DNA from: Anaerolineales bacterium
Lineage (GTDB): Bacteria > Chloroflexota > Anaerolineae > Anaerolineales > UBA4823
Direction: 5' to 3'
Length of the DNA stretch: 64,000 bases
Assembly: GCA_049281855.1 (NCBI GenBank)
Contig: JBAPSY010000073.1
Coordinates: forward strand, 3,171-67,170
Positions 1-8,843 of this stretch are shown one piece after another (position 1 is the stretch's first letter; each line of letters opens with the position of its first letter). Under the pieces are notes generated by a model, which searched no databases, was not told the DNA's origin, and saw only the letters and a program-made list of their open reading frames with translations. Made by a program: the position numbers and the translations under genes.

Positions 1-50
1 GTTGCTGGTGTAGCACGGGAGTCTTTTCCCGTTTTCAGGAGGTTGGTGAA

Positions 51-938
51 ATGGAAGGACAAACAAATACATATACGGTGAAGAAAGGACTGGCTCAGAT
101 GCTCAAGGGGGGCGTGATCATGGATGTCGTGACCGCTGAGCATGCCAAGATCGCTGAGGATGCTGGCGCAGTGGCCGTGATGGCGCTGGAACGGGTGCCA
201 GCAGATATCCGCGCACAGGGTGGTGTGGCTCGCATGAGTGACCCAGAGTTGATCCTCCAGATCATGGATGCTGTATCCATCCCGGTAATGGCAAAATGCC
301 GCATTGGTCATTTCGTTGAAGCCCAAATTTTGGAGGCCATCGGGGTTGATTACATTGATGAATCAGAGGTTCTTACCCCAGCGGACGATGAAAATCACAT
401 TTATAAACACGACTTCAAAGTCCCATTTGTGTGTGGTTGCCGAAATCTGGGAGAAGCTTTACGACGCATTGGAGAAGGCGCTGCGATGATCCGCACCAAG
501 GGTGAAGCGGGCACTGGCGATGTGGTTGAGGCTGTCAGACACGCGCGCACTGTGATGGGAGAGATTCGTCGTTTGCAAAATCTTCCCGATGAAGAGCTTA
601 TGGCTTTTTCGAAAGAAATTGGCGCACCCTACCACCTGGTTGTGGAGACGCACCAGGAGGGTCGGCTTCCGGTTGTGAATTTTGCAGCGGGCGGGGTGGC
701 AACCCCCGCAGATGCCGCCTTGATGATGCAACTGGGAGTGGATGGGGTATTCGTTGGATCGGGTATCTTCAAATCTAGCGACCCTGCTAAGCGCGCGGTG
801 GCGATTGTCAAAGCAGTCACTCATTACAATGATCCTTATATCCTGGCGGAAGTAAGTCGAAACCTTGGTGAACCCATGGTGGGGCGCAATGTTTCTACAA
901 TGCCCGAGGTGGAGCGGCTAGCTGGGCGCGGTTGGTAA
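51..938 (+). CDS. pdxS: Pyridoxal 5'-phosphate synthase, lyase subunit PdxS
   Basis: 295-aa ORF with near-invariant PdxS/SNZ blocks ([35 protein letters not shown]; [21 protein letters not shown]). The stop is directly abutted by the pdxT start (TAAATG). Confidence 0.95.
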   Translation: MEGQTNTYTVKKGLAQMLKGGVIMDVVTAEHAKIAEDAGAVAVMALERVPADIRAQGGVARMSDPELILQIMDAVSIPVMAKCRIGHFVEAQILEAIGVDYIDESEVLTPADDENHIYKHDFKVPFVCGCRNLGEALRRIGEGAAMIRTKGEAGTGDVVEAVRHARTVMGEIRRLQNLPDEELMAFSKEIGAPYHLVVETHQEGRLPVVNFAAGGVATPADAALMMQLGVDGVFVGSGIFKSSDPAKRAVAIVKAVTHYNDPYILAEVSRNLGEPMVGRNVSTMPEVERLAGRGW

Positions 939-1517
939 ATGCGCGTTGGTATTTTAGCTTTACAAGGCGATTTTGCCGAACATCGTGTGATGCTCAGGCG
1001 TCTGGGTGTCACGGTAATTGAAGTACGCCTGCCGGAGCAGCTTGAAGGGTTGAGTGGTTTGATCATCCCAGGTGGTGAATCTACTACGATAGCCAAGCTT
1101 GCAGTAAGCTATGGGTTAATGGAGCCCTTATGTGAGTTTGGTCAAGAGAAAGCAATCTGGGGCACTTGTGCAGGGGCGATTTTCATGTCCAAGGATGCCC
1201 ACCGTAACCAACCTTTACTCCAATTGATGGATATTACTGTGGAACGTAACGCTTTCGGTCGGCAAGTTGACAGTTTTGAGCTGGATTTGGATGTCCCAGC
1301 CCTGCTGGAGATTGAGCCCAACGGAGAACCTTTCCATGCGGTTTTTATTCGCGCTCCATTGATCGAGTCAGTTCAGGCTGATGCTTGTATCTTAGCAAAA
1401 CTCCAGGACGGTCGAATTGTAGCTGCTCAGCAAGGTCGTTTACTGGCAACCGCATTCCACCCCGAGCTGACCGAAGATGATCGATTTCACCGCTACTTCT
1501 TGCAGTTGGCAGCATGA
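939..1517 (+). CDS. pdxT: Pyridoxal 5'-phosphate synthase, glutaminase subunit PdxT
   Basis: 192-aa ORF. Has the MRVGILALQGDFAEH N-terminus, the GGESTT and WGTCAG (catalytic Cys) motifs and a FHPE C-terminal motif typical of PdxT/SNO. Adjacent to pdxS. Confidence 0.93.
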   Translation: MRVGILALQGDFAEHRVMLRRLGVTVIEVRLPEQLEGLSGLIIPGGESTTIAKLAVSYGLMEPLCEFGQEKAIWGTCAGAIFMSKDAHRNQPLLQLMDITVERNAFGRQVDSFELDLDVPALLEIEPNGEPFHAVFIRAPLIESVQADACILAKLQDGRIVAAQQGRLLATAFHPELTEDDRFHRYFLQLAA

Positions 1518-2512
1518 ACATTCGCCCGTTTGGATGGCGTGATTTACTCCTCCTAAATAGTTACCGAAATCATGGTCTATTTCTGGATAGTACGCGCATA
1601 TTAATCCATGGACCGATGATGATCCCCATGGGTGCTCTGATAACCTTCCTTGGACCATCAACCCGGGCCTTTACATATCGATATGATAATTCCCCTCAAT
1701 CCGGTAAGCCTCTCATTGGGCAGGTAACCTATGGGATGGGAGCCACATACGCCCGGCTTTCTTTCCTGGCACCCGAAGATGCCATGGAACAATCTGACGT
1801 TTCTGCCTTGTCAGATTACATGGCTATTCAGATAGGAAATCAAGGCGCATTCCATATCCTGGCAGATGTAGACGAGAGCAATCAGATCTTTCAATTATTA
1901 CATCGGGCAGGATTCGCAATTTATGCCCGGCAGCGCATTTGGTGCTTGGATAACCAATCTGTAAGCGATGCAGCAGATGAGGTAACCTGGAGAGCAAGCA
2001 GGTCCAGGGATGCGATTGGTGTCCGCTCATTGTATTGTAACGTAGTTCCTGGGCTAGTTCAGCAGGTGGAACCGCTGCCCAAAAAAGATTTAAAAGGGGT
2101 TGTCTATTACCAGAATGGTGAATTACATGCCTTTGTTGAGTTGAAATATGGGCGGAATGGAATATGGGTACAGCCATTTGTTCATCCAGATGCAGAGGGT
2201 TTCGACCGGCATTTGGTACATTTACTGCATAATTTACCTGGTAGGCGCGAGCGTCCATTGTACATCTGTGTCCGCTCTTACCAATCTTGGTTGGAGTCAG
2301 CCATTGAGGTGATGGGTGCTCAGCCAGGTCCTCAACAAGCTGTGATGGTTCGCCATCTGACCTTATCACGCCGGGTAAATCAAACCTACCCATTGCCTGC
2401 GATTAATGGCACTCGTGCTGAACCAACTGCACCGATTGCCAGAATTGAGGAATCCCGATACTTGGAACCGCCAGAAGTGGAAAAACGACCAAGGGCAGAT
2501 TCAATCCCATAA
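1514..2512 (+). CDS. Hypothetical protein (possibly a tandem GNAT-like fold; family not recognised)
   Basis: 332-aa ORF whose ATG overlaps the pdxT stop (ATGA). Coding potential is supported by length and by spurious antisense ORFs only. The weak GNAT-like segment (AFHILADVDESNQIFQLLHRAGFAIYARQRIW) is suggestive only. Confidence 0.55.
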   Translation: MNIRPFGWRDLLLLNSYRNHGLFLDSTRILIHGPMMIPMGALITFLGPSTRAFTYRYDNSPQSGKPLIGQVTYGMGATYARLSFLAPEDAMEQSDVSALSDYMAIQIGNQGAFHILADVDESNQIFQLLHRAGFAIYARQRIWCLDNQSVSDAADEVTWRASRSRDAIGVRSLYCNVVPGLVQQVEPLPKKDLKGVVYYQNGELHAFVELKYGRNGIWVQPFVHPDAEGFDRHLVHLLHNLPGRRERPLYICVRSYQSWLESAIEVMGAQPGPQQAVMVRHLTLSRRVNQTYPLPAINGTRAEPTAPIARIEESRYLEPPEVEKRPRADSIP

Positions 2513-2533
2513 TTTCAAAAGAAATCCATCAAG

Positions 2534-4177
2534 TTGGATATCTTTAGGATGTATATGACAAGAAAACGAATTACTGATAATTTGGATGTGTTACTCAACG
2601 TGTTACCACCCCAGGTGGCACAGCAATTGACTGTGATTAACCGCTCAGATGATTTGCTGGAAGTGATCCTCGATCTTGGGCGGGTGCCAACGGCACGTTA
2701 TGTCGACCGGGAGGAAACTCTTAGCCAGGTTGAAGTTACCCACACCGATATCGGTTATGTCGTTGAACGGATCAGTGCATTTGATACGGATAATCGCGCC
2801 GGAATGGAACGGACATTACACCGTATTGCTGCCATTCGCAACCGGCGTGGTGATATTGTCGGATTAACTTGCAGAGTAGGCCGAGCGGTTTATGGTACGA
2901 CCGACATTATTCAGGATTTGATCGAAAGTGGCAAGAGCTTATTGTTGCTTGGCCGCCCTGGGATTGGTAAAACGACCATGCTGCGCGAAGCCGCCCGTCT
3001 GTTGGCTGAGAAAAAACGTGTGGTCATTGTCGATACTTCCAATGAAATTGGCGGTGATGGCGATGTTCCACACCCGGCAGTTGGTCGTGCTCGCCGGATG
3101 CAGGTTTCCACACCTTCGCTACAGCATGAAGTAATGATTGAGGCAGTGGAAAACCATAATCCAGAGGTGATTGTGATCGATGAAATCGGTCGCGAATTGG
3201 AGGCTGCTGCTGCGCGTACCATTGCTGAACGAGGTGTGCAGCTGATTGGTACCGCACACGGCAACACCCTGGAAAACCTTCTGCTCAACCCCACCTTATC
3301 AGATTTGGTGGGAGGGATTGAATCGGTCACGCTTTCTGATGAGGAAGCGCGCAGACGTGGTACCCAGAAGACCGTGCTCGAGCGGCGCTCCCCACCTACA
3401 TTCGATATGCTCATCGAGATACAAACCCGCGACCGCCTGGCAGTACACCTCGATGTTGGTAATTCAGTAGATACATTGCTGCGAGGATATCCAACCCCGC
3501 CCGAGTTACGCTATCGTGATGATAGCGGGGAAATCCATATCGAGCATTCCACTCCACCTGCCAAACGTGGTATAGGTGCTCAGGGGTTTAGCCGCCAGCC
3601 AATGGAGTTTGGCAAAGACCGTAGTCTTCCAGCCATCGAAAACCGGGTGCACATGGATGAACTGCCCACTGCTCAGGATGATGAAGCGACTCAGCGGTCA
3701 CTATCCACACTTCAGCCCGTAAAGATTTATCCATATGGTGTGGCGCGTAATCGGTTGATCCAGGCTGCTAAGTACCTGGGTGTTCCGGCAATCGTTGTAA
3801 ATGAGGTGGGGGAAGCGCAGGTCCTGGTCACACTGCGGTCGTATTATCGCAGCCGTCAACAACCGGTAGTCGAAGCAGAAAACCGGGGAATGCCGATTTA
3901 CGTATTGCGGGCGAATACGGTCAACCAGATGCAACACTTTCTGAGTGATTTATATAATCTTTCCACATCGGTACCCGAAGAGCGTGGTATGGAACCAGCC
4001 ATGCAAAATACCCAAGCAGCCATCGATGCTGTGTTGAATGGGGAACGTTATGTTGAATTACCCCCAGCAACGGCTTATATTCGCCGGTTGCAACACCAAA
4101 TGGCACGCCAGGCAAATCTGACTTCACATTCCTATGGGAAAGAACCGTACCGTCGGGTGCGGATTTTCAGGGATTAA
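2534..4177 (+). CDS. AAA/P-loop ATPase of the Ycf45 / SpoIIIAA-like family with a C-terminal nucleic-acid-binding (R3H-like) region
   Basis: 547-aa ORF with Walker A GRPGIGKTTMLRE and Walker B VIVIDEIG, and overall Ycf45-like layout. The TTG at 2534 may be replaced by the ATG at 2549 or 2555. Confidence 0.72.
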   Translation: MDIFRMYMTRKRITDNLDVLLNVLPPQVAQQLTVINRSDDLLEVILDLGRVPTARYVDREETLSQVEVTHTDIGYVVERISAFDTDNRAGMERTLHRIAAIRNRRGDIVGLTCRVGRAVYGTTDIIQDLIESGKSLLLLGRPGIGKTTMLREAARLLAEKKRVVIVDTSNEIGGDGDVPHPAVGRARRMQVSTPSLQHEVMIEAVENHNPEVIVIDEIGRELEAAAARTIAERGVQLIGTAHGNTLENLLLNPTLSDLVGGIESVTLSDEEARRRGTQKTVLERRSPPTFDMLIEIQTRDRLAVHLDVGNSVDTLLRGYPTPPELRYRDDSGEIHIEHSTPPAKRGIGAQGFSRQPMEFGKDRSLPAIENRVHMDELPTAQDDEATQRSLSTLQPVKIYPYGVARNRLIQAAKYLGVPAIVVNEVGEAQVLVTLRSYYRSRQQPVVEAENRGMPIYVLRANTVNQMQHFLSDLYNLSTSVPEERGMEPAMQNTQAAIDAVLNGERYVELPPATAYIRRLQHQMARQANLTSHSYGKEPYRRVRIFRD

Positions 4178-4182
4178 GTTAA

Positions 4183-4803
4183 ATGTTCATCACCCTCGAA
4201 GGCCCTGAAGGCAGTGGTAAGACCTCTCAGCTCCCCAAGCTGGCGGAATATTTGCGCCAACGTGGTTTTGATGTTTTAACCACCCGCGAGCCCGGTGGCA
4301 CATCGATCAGTGAGCAAATACGGACGGTCTTGCATAACCTTGAAAACAAGGAAATGAATCCACGCACCGAGATCCTGCTCTTTCAAGCCTCGCGCGCTCA
4401 ACTTGTGGAGCAAGTCATCCGACCTCACCTGGGCAAAGGCGGGATCGTGCTCAGTGACCGCTATGCTGATTCGACTTTAGCCTATCAAGGCTATGGGCAT
4501 CAAATTGATATCGAAATCCTGAGGGTGCTGGTGACTTTTGCCACAGGAGGGTTGAAGCCCGATCTGACAATATTATTAGACGTGGACGTGGAAACCGGCT
4601 TGCAACGCAAGGAACTGAAAGGTGAATGGAACCGTCTGGATGCCTATGATCTAGATTTCCACAAGCGAGTCCGACGAGGGTATTTTAATCTTGTTCAAGC
4701 CGAACCAGAACGTTGGGAAGTAATCGATGCTTCGCAGTCGCCTGTAAAGGTTCAGGAAGAGTTGCGGCGGGTGGTTGGTGAAAGGTTAAAAATTAGCAAG
4801 TAA
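4183..4803 (+). CDS. tmk: Thymidylate kinase
   Basis: 206-aa ORF. Has MFITLEGPEGSGKTSQ (P-loop), TREPGGT and DRYADSTLAYQG motifs characteristic of Tmk. Confidence 0.93.
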   Translation: MFITLEGPEGSGKTSQLPKLAEYLRQRGFDVLTTREPGGTSISEQIRTVLHNLENKEMNPRTEILLFQASRAQLVEQVIRPHLGKGGIVLSDRYADSTLAYQGYGHQIDIEILRVLVTFATGGLKPDLTILLDVDVETGLQRKELKGEWNRLDAYDLDFHKRVRRGYFNLVQAEPERWEVIDASQSPVKVQEELRRVVGERLKISK

Positions 4804-4817
4804 GGCGGTGCGCCTTA
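4801..4817. terminator. Short hairpin formed by the two convergent stop codons (TAAGGCG-GTG-CGCCTTA)
   Basis: 7-bp perfect inverted repeat with a 3-nt loop. It spans the tmk TAA (4801-4803) and the stop of the minus-strand zinc-ribbon gene (4815-4817). No flanking U-tract. Confidence 0.3.
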
Positions 4818-5207
4818 GAAATCCGCATCGTCTCCCAACCCACTTGCTCCCCGCTCCAAATCAGGAATTGCTTTTTCTATATCTTCGGGGCTTTGCCCAG
4901 CTTCCAACCGGTCTACCACTTCATCAAACTCTGGGCCTACTTCTTCGCCCATTTCATTTCCCATTTTACGCATCATTTGCCCCAGGGCGCGCGGATCATT
5001 TTCAAGACCTTCCAAACCTGAGGGATCGGTGAGGGCATCCAACCGGCTTTCTTCCGATTTGGCGATGCGGATGCGGCCGATCCGTCTTTGAACCTTGTCA
5101 CTCATGCAGTGAGGACAATGGACGCTTTTTTCACCATATTCCTTGTAGGATGAAAAAACTTCAAAGCGTTTTTTGCAATTCAGACACCGATATTGGTAAA
5201 TTGGCAT
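4815..5207 (-). CDS. FmdB-family (CxxC_CxxC_SSSS) zinc-ribbon putative regulatory protein
   Basis: 130-aa ORF starting MPIYQYRCLNCKKRFEVF...HCPHC, the hallmark N-terminus of the FmdB zinc-ribbon family. It has an acidic C-terminal tail. Confidence 0.75.
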   Translation of the reverse strand: MPIYQYRCLNCKKRFEVFSSYKEYGEKSVHCPHCMSDKVQRRIGRIRIAKSEESRLDALTDPSGLEGLENDPRALGQMMRKMGNEMGEEVGPEFDEVVDRLEAGQSPEDIEKAIPDLERGASGLGDDADF

Positions 5208-5295
5208 GATTGATCTCCATTAACAAAGATGCCGGTTAGTTTATGCTCGCAGCCTTAGCAAGGCTGAATTATAATGCTTGTCTGTGGAGATTTCT

Positions 5296-5913
5296 ATGAG
5301 TGAATTCGAATTTAACCTACCTAACATTGAACCACTTCTGATTGTCATCTCCGGTCCTTCAGGGGTGGGTAAAGATACCGTCATCCAAAGGATGAAAGAA
5401 AGGAATCTTCCCCTTCACTTCGTAGTAACAGCTGCAACACGCCCACCGCGACCAAATGAAGTTCATGGAAAGGATTATTTTTTCTATTCACATGATGAGT
5501 TTGCAGAGATGATCGAAAAAGGTGAGCTACTGGAGTATGCGATTGTCTACAACGATTATAAGGGCATTCCCAAGGCACAGGTGAGTGACGCATTGGCGAG
5601 CGGAAAAGATGTGCTCATGCGTCTGGACGTGCAAGGAGCGGCTACGATAAGCAGGCTCTGCCCAGATGCCCTGATGATTTTCCTGACTGCTCAGGAAAAA
5701 GATATGATCAATCGTCTTCAGGAGCGTAAGACAGAGAGCCCTGAAGGGCTCAAGCTGCGTATTGCCACCGCACGGCAGGAATTGACCCAAATGGATACTT
5801 TCGAGTATGTGGTCGTTAACCGTGAGTTCCACCTTGACGAGACGGTTGATACCATCGTTTCAATAATTGTCGCAGAGCATCACCGGGTAAAACAACGGAA
5901 AGTCACTTTATGA
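5296..5913 (+). CDS. gmk: Guanylate kinase
   Basis: P-loop ISGPSGVGKDT and TTRPPRPNEVHGKDYFF motifs. The ATG at 5296 is preceded by GGAG, whereas the track ORF begins at the TTG at 5278. Confidence 0.9.
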   Translation: MSEFEFNLPNIEPLLIVISGPSGVGKDTVIQRMKERNLPLHFVVTAATRPPRPNEVHGKDYFFYSHDEFAEMIEKGELLEYAIVYNDYKGIPKAQVSDALASGKDVLMRLDVQGAATISRLCPDALMIFLTAQEKDMINRLQERKTESPEGLKLRIATARQELTQMDTFEYVVVNREFHLDETVDTIVSIIVAEHHRVKQRKVTL

Positions 5914-6686
5914 ACCAGAATCGTTCTGCCCCTCAAGAAATCCCTCCTTCACCTGCAGTACCCGGAGGACAATCGGTCGTGCGCCCGGTCTACCGCCCGT
6001 ATGTGACTTATGTTTTGATCAGTATCTGTATTTTGGTTTATCTTCTTCAAGTTGGTACCAGCTATTTATTAAAGGTTGACATTCCAGCAGCTTTAGGCGT
6101 CAAAGATAATCAATTGATCATGCAGGGACAGGTCTGGCGGTTAATTACACCCATATTTTTGCACTCAGACCAAACAATCCTACATATCGGTTTTAATATG
6201 TATGCCTTGTTCTATATCGGTCCAACGCTCGAAAGGTTTTATGGTCGCCGGCGCTACCTGGGGCTTTTTATTTTAAGTGGCTTCGCTGGGAATGTGATCT
6301 CATTCATGTTTTCTCAATACCAATCGCTGGGATCGTCCACAGCTATTTTCGGCTTATTGGGTGCAGAAGGTGTGCTTATTTACCAGAATCGGGAAATATT
6401 TGGGAGCATTGCCCGCCGGGCGTTATCTCAGGTGGTCATCGTGGCAGTGGCTAACCTGATTATTGGCCTGACGCCGGGAATAGATAACTGGGGCCATATC
6501 GGCGGTCTGATCGGTGGGACATTGTTTGCCTGGTTTGGTGGTCCCTTATTACAGAAACAGGGACTATACCCTCCCTATACCCTGACGGACGCCCGTGGCC
6601 GTCGGGAGGCAGTTCTGGCAGGCACCGCAGTGGGTGCTTTGTTTTTTTTCCTCACTATTGCGGTGATGTTTATGCGCCGGGGTTAA
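5910..6686 (+). CDS. Rhomboid-family intramembrane serine protease
   Basis: 258-aa polytopic ORF with the WRLITPIFLH motif, catalytic GSSTAIFGL (GxSx) and HIGGLIGG (His) motifs. Its ATG overlaps the gmk stop. Confidence 0.85.
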   Translation: MNQNRSAPQEIPPSPAVPGGQSVVRPVYRPYVTYVLISICILVYLLQVGTSYLLKVDIPAALGVKDNQLIMQGQVWRLITPIFLHSDQTILHIGFNMYALFYIGPTLERFYGRRRYLGLFILSGFAGNVISFMFSQYQSLGSSTAIFGLLGAEGVLIYQNREIFGSIARRALSQVVIVAVANLIIGLTPGIDNWGHIGGLIGGTLFAWFGGPLLQKQGLYPPYTLTDARGRREAVLAGTAVGALFFFLTIAVMFMRRG

Positions 6687-7458
6687 CAGTTTCCCAACTG
6701 GGGGTTCTTTTCTCCACAAATGCTCTGACGCCCTCTTTGTGCTCAGCTCCTAGCCGTGCAATCTCTTGAATATGGGCCTCGTAGTCTAAAACCTGCTCAA
6801 GGTGGGGGTAAATGGCTTTGTTAAAGTCCCGCTTGGCTAAACCCATGGCATGGATCGGTCCCATGGCTAATGCCTTGGCCATTGCGATGGCACTATTGTG
6901 CAGTATGTGAGATGGTACCACGCGGTTAACCATTCCCCAACTCAGCGCTTGCTGTGCGGTTATAGGCTCGTTCGTGAAAGCCGCCTCAGTTGCCCGTCCC
7001 AAACCGATCATCGCTGGCAAGAACAGCGAGACCGCTGAATCGGGCGCCAACCCAATACCGAGAAACCCCACCACAAAACGGGTATCCTCGCTGGCAATGC
7101 GCAGGTCACAAGCCAAAGCCAGACCTAACGCGGCACCAGCCACTGTCCCGTGAATTTCAGCCAGCACTGGCAAGTCCAATCGTCGGATTTGCACCACCAG
7201 CGGATTATAGGTTTCCAGCATATGCTTTCGATACGACTGCCCCTCTGCACCCAGAATTTCATATACATCCTGCCCGGCGCTGAATACTTCTCCTGCCCCT
7301 CTGAGTAGCACAACTCGCGCCAACCTCTGTTGAGCAGCCGCCTTGAAGGCACCCTGGAGAGACTTGACCATCTCCAAGCTCAGCGCATTCGCTTTTGGAC
7401 GATCCAAAGTGATCGTAAAAATTTCATCTTTAAATTCGGTAAGAATTGTTTCTGACAT
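6670..7458 (-). CDS. Enoyl-CoA hydratase/isomerase (crotonase) family protein
   Basis: Crotonase-fold motifs (FSAGQD..., LPVLAEIHGTVAGAALGLALACDLRIA). The ATG at 7458 is preceded by GGGAGGAAG. The 3' end overlaps the rhomboid gene by 17 bp (convergent). Confidence 0.85.
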   Translation of the reverse strand: MSETILTEFKDEIFTITLDRPKANALSLEMVKSLQGAFKAAAQQRLARVVLLRGAGEVFSAGQDVYEILGAEGQSYRKHMLETYNPLVVQIRRLDLPVLAEIHGTVAGAALGLALACDLRIASEDTRFVVGFLGIGLAPDSAVSLFLPAMIGLGRATEAAFTNEPITAQQALSWGMVNRVVPSHILHNSAIAMAKALAMGPIHAMGLAKRDFNKAIYPHLEQVLDYEAHIQEIARLGAEHKEGVRAFVEKRTPSWETVNPGA

Positions 7459-7547
7459 TGGACTTCCTCCCAAGGATATTCTAAGCCATAAAACAAAGAA
7501 CAGGCAGGTTCAATAACCTGCCTGTTCTTAATAATTATAGATAAGAT

Positions 7548-7979
7548 TTAGAGCGGTGGTTCCTGATCATCGTCCTCTTTGTCTAATTGGTCATCGTCTG
7601 CGCCCAATTCCAAGAGTGCTTCCTGCTCAGTCAAGCGCACCCAAAGGAAGATGAGCTGTCCTTCATCCATTTCCAGTGTGCGTGAAGCCACGATCGGCGT
7701 CTTGTGTATCAGCCCATCATTGGCACGGAATTCGAGTTGGATCGTCTGATGTTTACGCCATGCGCGGTAACACCGTTCCACTAATGATGGTCCATTAAAA
7801 GTGCGTAAACGGGTCAAGGCTAGTTTATGCAAGGATGGACTTTCATTCAGACCCAGAGGCCAGCCCTCGTGTACATCCTCAAAATTCGGGGGTGGTCCTT
7901 CAATTATTGTGATCTTGTCATCCATGTACCGGTTCCTCAGGTTTGGAATCATACCACGAATGATTGCTGGAGTAGTCAT
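7548..7979 (-). CDS. Hypothetical protein with an acidic C-terminal tail
   Basis: 143-aa ORF with no recognised family. Its C-terminus, DDDQLDKEDDDQEPPL, is strongly acidic. Confidence 0.45.
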   Translation of the reverse strand: MTTPAIIRGMIPNLRNRYMDDKITIIEGPPPNFEDVHEGWPLGLNESPSLHKLALTRLRTFNGPSLVERCYRAWRKHQTIQLEFRANDGLIHKTPIVASRTLEMDEGQLIFLWVRLTEQEALLELGADDDQLDKEDDDQEPPL

Positions 7980-8023
7980 TTCTAATATTTTTATACCGTT
8001 CGCGCCAAGGGTATAATGGATGG

Positions 8024-8389
8024 ATGCACAAATTGATCATCCTCGTCGAATCGACCACCACCCCAGATTTCCATGTATTCTGGCCACGCTTTCTGCACGC
8101 GGCTGAAAATATCCCTGGATTGCGGCGCGAATCTACGAGTCGTGTCAGCCAGAACCTATACGGTGATATGCAATGTGCGCTGATTCATGAATTGTTTTTT
8201 GATTCCTACCCTGCACTGCAATCTGGATTGGCATCAGAATCCGGAAAGGAAGCTGGCAGGCTCTTGCAGGAAATGACCGGCGGAAGGGTGCGTCTGCTCA
8301 TAGCCGATCACAGCGAAGATGAGATGGAAAATATCAGAAAATACAGGACTTTGGAGCAAGATGCAAACAGCCAAACTGGGCGTGCATGA
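8024..8389 (+). CDS. EthD-like (TIGR02118-type) small protein
   Basis: 121-aa ORF. The pattern MHKLIILVES...PDF..FW..FLH.AENIPGLRRESTSRV resembles EthD-family proteins. A TATAAT box lies 6 nt upstream of the ATG. Confidence 0.5.
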   Translation: MHKLIILVESTTTPDFHVFWPRFLHAAENIPGLRRESTSRVSQNLYGDMQCALIHELFFDSYPALQSGLASESGKEAGRLLQEMTGGRVRLLIADHSEDEMENIRKYRTLEQDANSQTGRA

Positions 8390-8843
8390 ATTAAATGGAT
8401 TTATGCGATCCCATGGCATCCCGGGTGAAATCTTGCACCTGGGTGTGCCCACCCCCACGGTGCAAGCAGCCGCTCAGGCAGTGGGTGCCCAAGAGGATCA
8501 AATTATCAAATCCATTTTGTTTATGGTCGATGGGCAGCCGGTGTTAGCGATCGCCTGCGGATTGTCTACGATCGGGCGGCGTGCCATTGCAGATCTATTT
8601 ATGGTGGGCAAGAAGAGGGTTAAGCTTGCCACGCCCGAGATGGTTCTCGAAATAAGCGGTTATGAAGTGGGAGCGATGCCTCCTTTTGGTCATCGCCAGC
8701 CGTTGACCACATTGATCGACCAAAGAGTACTTGACTTGCCTGAAGCTTATGCCGGGGGTGGAGCTGAAAATGCGATCGTGCGCCTCAATCCGCAGGACAT
8801 CCTTCAGGTGACCGGGGCAAGAGTACTGGATTTACTTGAATAG
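8361..8843 (+). CDS. YbaK/ProX-type aminoacyl-tRNA deacylase domain protein
   Basis: Contains IKSILFMVDGQPVLAIACG...GYEVGAMPPFGH...YAGGG, typical of the YbaK/prolyl-tRNA synthetase-associated editing domain. The ATG at 8361 is preceded by GGAG; the track ORF starts at 8319. Confidence 0.72.
   Translation: MQTAKLGVHELNGFMRSHGIPGEILHLGVPTPTVQAAAQAVGAQEDQIIKSILFMVDGQPVLAIACGLSTIGRRAIADLFMVGKKRVKLATPEMVLEISGYEVGAMPPFGHRQPLTTLIDQRVLDLPEAYAGGGAENAIVRLNPQDILQVTGARVLDLLE

Noticed and set aside
95-824. Antisense and alternate-frame ORFs inside pdxS (95-304, 304-489, 459-824, 629-820). Many similar 60-170-aa ORFs are nested in other genes throughout the track, for example at 1824-2393, 2911-3414, 11307-11621, 13399-13917, 23680-24192, 41336-41842, 51385-51873 and 61717-62115.
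   Set aside because: Each is fully embedded in a longer ORF that carries clear family motifs. Their translations are low-complexity (Arg/Ser/Pro/Gly-rich) and lack recognisable domains, as expected for shadow ORFs in sequence with this moderate GC content.
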